This document shows, in pieces, positions 58,801 through 64,000 of a stretch of 64,000 nucleotides of DNA. The notes under the pieces were generated by a model. That model was not told the DNA's origin, did no database searches, and saw nothing but the letters and a program-made list of their open reading frames with translations. The DNA comes from Amoebophrya sp. A120. Taxonomy: Eukaryota > Protista > Dinoflagellata. Location of the stretch: assembly GCA_905178155.1 (NCBI GenBank), contig CAJINV010000006.1, positions 4,754,921 through 4,818,920 on the forward strand, written 5' to 3'. Both the position numbers and the translations under genes were made by a program. The stretch's first letter is position 1. Every line of letters begins with the position of its first letter.

Positions 58801-60435
58801 ATCTCCGGAGGCTCTTCCAGGATCGGTGACGGAAGCGCTCGGAACTGGATTCTCCCCTGCTCCAGCAGGTGGTGGTGCCAAGCGGCAGTCCACTGCTGCG
58901 GCGCGTACAGCACTACAGGTGATGGTGGCTTCTGTTCATGTTCGTGCAGCACTGCGGCAGACGAGGAGAAGGAGGACTCGTCCACCATAACGGGAAGGTA
59001 TCATGCGCAAAAAAAGGATCGCACGCACGGCTGCAGGTTTTCGTTCCACTGACATCACAAAATCTGTATCTATCAATTTTCGTACACAGACACATCAAAT
59101 CGCCCCAAGGCAGGAGAGCGTATGCATACCCGGAGTCAGAACTTCCACGTACTGGGTTTGGTATCCATATCCAAGTTCTTGCAGGAATGAGTGCGATCAT
59201 ACTTGTTTTCATCGTGCATACAGAATCCGCCTGCAGGAAGCGCTCCGAAGCCGACATGCTGTACACCTCCGGGCTGTTGAGCAGGTTGAGGTTCGTTCCT
59301 GTCTCCGGTTCACGTTCTCCATCTACGGGGTCTTCCTGGTCGCCGATTGGATTTAGGTGACTGCTGGTCAATACCACCGGCGTCGTTTCCCCGGGCGCTC
59401 CGCTCCTAAAACGAAAACTCACCTCGCCGAATGCGTTGTCGGAGGACCTACTTCTACTACTCCCGGTTATACTCGCAGCAGAAAATTATGGTTGTGCACA
59501 ACTTTCCCTCCACCTTATATATTTGTCATGCGAAATCCCAAATCCAGCTATTCCTTCTTGGCACTGTTTGCATCACAGATTTCACATCGAGCCCAGACGA
59601 GGTAGGGGCAACACTCGGCGCATCAAGTTGTCATGCACGGGCTCCAGCACGTGCGCTGCTCCTGATGTTTGTGTTCATACAAATCAGAAGGAGGGGGAGT
59701 TGTGCGGTGGCATAAATTCACAGATTCGATTTCCCTGTGCGCATGTGCAGTGGCAGGTGGCGAACAAGACGAAGAGGCGATGACTTTGGTGGGAGACGGA
59801 GGCTGGTGTTGTAGTTGTTTCGATACTGCCCCTGCCGGCGGAAAACTGCAATCGGATGGACATATCACAAGAAAAAGCGTAAACGTTGTACGATTTTCTT
59901 CACTACGGATAGCATTCATGCGTCACAAACTAAGCCGAAGGAAGGTGTATGCTCTGCATGACAAATTGAAATTTGGATACGTTTTCGTTTTGTGAATGTG
60001 ATCCAGTGCTGCGTCACAAATTCATCCTTGTAACGTTTTTCCTTTTTCTTGTGATATGACACGACTTTTCCTCGTCACGCACCAGCTCGCGTTGCAGATG
60101 AAAGGAGGACACAGGTTCTAGACCCTTTTCTTCTGCTCCATCTTGGTCCTCGTCCTGTTTTGTGGATTACAGGCTAATGATATATCAAAGCATGACTGAT
60201 GCCGCCGGTGCGGTTGTCCGCATCATTTCGATTTCCGGCAAATTTGCATGACAAGTTCCTCTTACCCCGCCTGTCTGGTGACAGCTTTTGCTCGTAGTGC
60301 TATATTCACTACATATTGTCAACACAAGTACTATACCGGAACGCTCGACGTAGCAACCCGCCTTGCGCGTTCTTGGGCATCGAGCCGCATCAGCTCGAAA
60401 TAGTCTGCTGCTCTGCTCTTGCGGCGACGCAACAT
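55881..60435 (-). CDS. MORN repeat-containing protein (about 12 exons)
   Basis: Spliced product contains YHYTGS...PHGYGT, GDYFQGEFKDGVRNGWGSYVW and YQFFGTWRRGAPEG (MORN consensus YxGxWxxGxxHGxG). First exon and the intron near 60165-60335 are tentative. Confidence 0.7.
55943..56757. mobile_element. Introner, family C, carrying a 546-bp insert
   Basis: Perfect repeat TGCTC; internal 17-bp duplication 56015-56031 / 56578-56594. Confidence 0.88.
56839..57112. mobile_element. Introner, singleton
   Basis: TATcctgtgt...acacaggATA; repeats ACGGT/CCGTT; frame restored. Confidence 0.78.
57263..57517. mobile_element. Introner, decayed
   Basis: TAT-N7-AAA at both ends; repeat lost; +5 rule restores MORN KDGVRNGWG. 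Confidence 0.75.
57574..57786. mobile_element. Introner, decayed
   Basis: TATgattgcaAAA...TTTTgcaatttcATA; restores HGYGTSTDERG. Confidence 0.75.
57851..57978 (-). other. Canonical GT-AG intron
   Basis: act|GTACGA...CTAATACAG|ggg restores YHYTGSAK; contains the shared decamer at 57913-57922. Confidence 0.72.
58023..58335. mobile_element. Introner, singleton
   Basis: TIR TATGGCCTG / CAGGCCATA; +5 rule restores VFQASFYDP. Confidence 0.7.
58507..58749. mobile_element. Introner, family D
   Basis: Perfect repeat TGGTC. Confidence 0.92.
58999..59220. mobile_element. Introner, decayed
   Basis: TATcatgcgcAAA left end; +5 rule restores DSAVMVDES. Confidence 0.62.
59487..59714. mobile_element. Introner, singleton
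   Basis: IR gcacaact / agttgtgc; several shared decamers; frame restored. Confidence 0.7.
59863..60056. mobile_element. Introner, singleton
   Basis: Perfect 15-bp TIR TATCACAAGAAAAAG; repeats GGACA/TGACA. Confidence 0.88.
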
Positions 60436-61944
60436 TTTCAATGATGACACTGGGTTGGTAGACTTAGAGGAAAGCGAGGCACGAACGGGCGAGATTGGTC
60501 TTCAGAAATTTTCTAGACCACGACGAGATGATTGTCTTCAGCACACACGATTTTTATAACTCAGAAATGTAGGATGTGCTAGACAAACTACCATTTCCTC
60601 TTCAACATCATGCTTGCCCTTGCGCGCACACATCAGCGATGCTCAAATATCGCTATTTTCCAAAATTCTCTAGGCGATTATATTTATATTCGAATCACTA
60701 AACCGTTGTTTTTCAGTTTTTACAATTCTCAGGCTCTCCTGCTCGCGCACACCAAGTTTCTCCTCTTTCAGTTTCTGGGCCCTTAATCTACTCCGCCGAA
60801 ATGGAAACACAACTCGCGCTCATACGACGTCTGTCCCGTTGGTTCGACGCCTCTTATTAAGGTAAGTACAAGTAAATCTCAATGGCTTTGTCGAAAAATA
60901 AAGCCGACGAGGACAAAGCCCAGTACTAGGGAAGAACATATACTACTAGACAGATTCTACATGCCTGGATAACTTGTACAGCCAGGTCGCGGCAGGTGAT
61001 GCGCATATTAACTGAAACTGTCCTCAAGTTCAACATCAAAGTCAAGATCAACTGCATGTCTGTTTTCTCCCTCCTTTCTCATCCTGCACCTAGCCAGCCG
61101 TGGCGTAGTAACAAGACGAGTAAAAGAGCGCCTTTGCAGCTCTGTCCTTCATCCAGACAACTACACGCGATTTCAGGTGGTTGTGCATAAAAGGAAAGCG
61201 GTTGCTCTGCTCCAGTTCGTCCTTCTATTTCTCGTTTGGACTGCTTCGCAACAGTCTTTCTAAACGAGCAGCAAAAGCGAGTTATAATCTCAGGCGAGAC
61301 CAAAGAAGTAGAGGTACTAGTTCAAAGCTCACGTACAAAAAACCGCGCAGGATCCGACTGCTTCCACGGGAGACGCGGCACAGATTGCGGCGTTTCGAGT
61401 TAATAATTTTTTTTTTACTACAGCTGTACAAAAACCAAAAGTCAAAATTTTCATCGTTCCGCGACTACATCGTTTCGGTAATCCGGACACCAGTGTCGGC
61501 GGCAGTTGTGAAGCGCAGCGTTTTTACTTGCTTGGGTACTATTGTTGGTCCAGTATCAAATATCGGTCTGTACATTCATCTTCCTGGCAGAGTTTTGCTC
61601 CACATATAAATATTTTGTAGTCTGTTCTAGTTTGGTTTCAGGTGTACTCATTGGGGAGCGCACCTTAGAAAGTCAAGTTTGCTCTGTAATTCACGAGTGA
61701 GGCGCGACTTTGAAAGAACCATCATTGTAGTTCGGCCTTCATTGGCATTTTGTTAAATTTGATTAATTTACATTTGGGAAAATTTATCTTAATCTTCATC
61801 TCGTTGCGCCTGGTTGTACTTTCGATAAATATATTCCAGTATCGGTTACTTTATAAAGTTGCAATGATATTCTGGTCTGTCGGAATCATACACAATACTG
61901 CTGTTCATCCCCACCTCTTCTCCACCTTGTTCTCCTCTTGTCCG

Positions 61945-64000
61945 CTACATGGTCCTTGCGAGCCTCCCCGCGTTCGCGACCTCCCCGACACTGACTCCAG
62001 TTTCGTGCATCGGGTTACGGGCTTGCCTCGTCCTGCGCTCGCCACTACGGGAACCACGTCTCTTGACAGACCTATCACTTGCAAAAAATGTTGTGCGGGT
62101 AAGGGGTCGTGCGCTCTCAACAATGCATGACAATCACAATCTGTGCATTTGCATGACAAACAGGTACTGTTTCGTTGTCTCGGCTCGTGGAAGTAAGTAT
62201 GCAATACAAATTCTAAAAAATGCTGAAAAAGTAGCTACGTCGTATGAAATGTCAGTATCACGATCACCTTCACCATGCAACAAGCCATGCATTACAGATG
62301 CACTTTCCAGAGCCGCGACATGTGGTCTGCAGTTGCAGTTGATAGGGCGACCTGTTGGAGTACCACTCTGAGAAGGAGTACAGCGGTTTCTTCTGCAGTT
62401 CCTCCAGCGCTCTGTCAGCCGCGTGATGGCGGTACTTCGGCCCACAGCAGGGTGCTATCAAAGAAAAACCTGGCGCAAACAAGTCCAACACGGCTGTCCT
62501 GCGCCTCCGTGATAGATGTTTTCGGCCTATAATTTCATCACGGGGGTTGATCTACACTCGTTGTGCATCTTTTTTCTAAGTACAAAGGGGGCCGAAGTGC
62601 CTCTGAGTGGGCTTCTCCACCAGCCAGGGCGTGGCATACGCATGAGAGAGTCATAACCAAACTTGTCAAGGACTTGGACTCTGTGCGACCAGTTTTTCTT
62701 TGCATAGTCTCCGGCTTCGTCTGGGTCTCCAACTGCTTCCGCAACATCTCCACCTTTTCCCGCTTCTCCTGTACGCACCGCCGCGCCCAGTTTCGCAGCA
62801 CAATCATCGCGTAATTCTCGCGGATGAACGCCTGGGCCTCCTCCGCAGACATCGCTCCCCGCAGCGCTGCTGCCGCAACCGCCCGCTGGTGCTGTGATTT
62901 GTATTTTTTTTGGGTTGTAGTTTACATTACTCCCACTTCTCATACATCGTTTCAAAGAGCTATCAACGCTTACGCATGTTGACAGCGCGTCCAATTCTCA
63001 GAAGAAACTGTCGCACAACATCTCCTTTCACACATGAAGATGCGTCTGTAGCCAAATAAACTGTACCCTTTTCTTCCTTTGTTCCAGGAGTTTCACTTGC
63101 GACCGCGTCGGTGGAAGTGGCGGCTTCACCGAACCCACCCTCGCGCTCGGTGTTCCCGTCGGCGGCGGAGGCTTCGCAGGCACTTTTGGTTTGCTGGCGA
63201 ACACTGGGCTGCTGCAGATGTTCTCAGTTTCGTGGAGGAACACCGGACTCGTGCACGTGTGCCAGCTTGTCGTTGATCCGGTGCCGTCGCTGTCCACCTC
63301 GGGATCGCTGGGTACCGCCACACGGGTTCTGCCGCCGAAGGCAGAATTTGGCTCCTCGTTCACGTTCGTCACCTCCATCTCGGGATTGTTAATACCGCCA
63401 GATGAAGCGCCATCAGTTTCTTCTGTATTATTTTTCGACGTATCCAGTTCAAATATGTCTGGGTCTGGAAAGTTACAAGACTTGCCAAGCAGATTTCCCA
63501 TGAGCCCTGAGGTCTGGAATGCAGGATCTAGCATGACAGTCTGTGAAATCTCCATCAGGCTTATCCTGGATGACAGACCTCATCTCAATTCGTTGAAACG
63601 TAGACAACTTGTTTTGGTAATCATGCGAGTACAGATTTTCAAGAAGTAATACACGATCTAGGCTTGTTACGTGCCAAATCATACACTTCCAGACTCAGAC
63701 ATATTTGCAATGCATAGGGGGTTGCTGTTGCTCCGCCACGTGTTCTGCTTTCATCGCCACCAGCGGGCTCTTCATCTTTCGCCCAGGCCAACTCCGCGGG
63801 TGGGTTTGCGCTGTAGTTGCTACCACTAGCCGGCTCTTCTTTTGTCGAGGCCAACTCCGCGGGGGGATTTGTGCTGTTGCTGCCACCAGCCGTTTATGCA
63901 TTGCAAAAGCATCGTATTCGTACTAGTATATTATAAATTGCATGACAAATTTGCTCAGCATGAGAAATTAAATTTGTCATGCTGTTTTACCTTGGAAAGG
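61945..64000 (-). CDS. Hypothetical low-complexity protein, 3' part (continues beyond window)
   Basis: The +5 rule joins GATATP|KNNTEE across 63441-63716 and NRSP|VKRRG across 62073-62344; introns between 62500 and 63060 unresolved. Confidence 0.5.
62073..62344. mobile_element. Introner, decayed
   Basis: TATcacttgcAAAA...ttgcagttgATA. Confidence 0.65.
63441..63716. mobile_element. Introner, family C
   Basis: Family C TIRs; repeat decayed (CGACG/GGGGG); frame restored. Confidence 0.82.
63895..64000. mobile_element. Introner, family A, truncated by the window edge
   Basis: TATgcattgcAAAAgcatcgta and family A interior. Confidence 0.85.

Noticed and set aside
63786-63892. Two ~47-bp tandem copies in an exon (PAELA...EEPA)
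   Set aside because: Ordinary intragenic repeat in a low-complexity protein.
599-64000. Recurrent peptides in the ORF track (LHLYEYDTFAQD, YPVQKYRTR, QICLGLE, FQTQT)
   Set aside because: They are translations of introner DNA in various frames, not a protein repeat family.
1-64000. rRNA, tRNA, snRNA or spliced-leader genes
   Set aside because: None recognised by eye; an Infernal/tRNAscan search is needed to exclude them.

Overview
Gene-dense eukaryotic DNA, very probably from the parasitic dinoflagellate Amoebophrya. The TAT-N7-AAA inverted-repeat intron signature matches what I recall for strain A120; I have not verified this by a search. The ORF track is fragmented because genes are interrupted by about 50 short TIR elements (TAT...ATA termini, at least 5 families plus singletons), each flanked by a 5-bp direct repeat. 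Removing the element plus one repeat copy restores the reading frame, so they act as non-canonical introns (introners). With that rule I reconstruct a vasohibin/transglutaminase-like Cys protease (307 aa), a giant ~3400-aa signal-peptide GH47 alpha-1,2-mannosidase, an EF-hand/Kv-channel/tandem-C2 protein (~1060 aa), eIF2D, a MORN protein, a 205-aa membrane protein and several hypotheticals. Less expected signals: (1) a decamer GCAT(G/T/C)ACA(A/G)A shared inside unrelated introner families but missing from an apparently non-genic sister element, a candidate splicing signal; (2) blocks at about 27.7-28.35 and 30.4-31.5 kb with strand-symmetric loss of purine-C dinucleotides, with matching copy-to-copy substitutions, suggesting RIP-like hypermutation of retroelements; (3) insertions with telomeric TTTAGGG repeats at the junction and 10-15 bp target duplications; (4) CAG-terminated, 6-bp-TSD MITEs nested inside introners; (5) a 1.7-kb intron-containing foreign gene fragment inserted with a 54-bp duplication. 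All work was done by eye; exon boundaries can slide within each 5-bp repeat.
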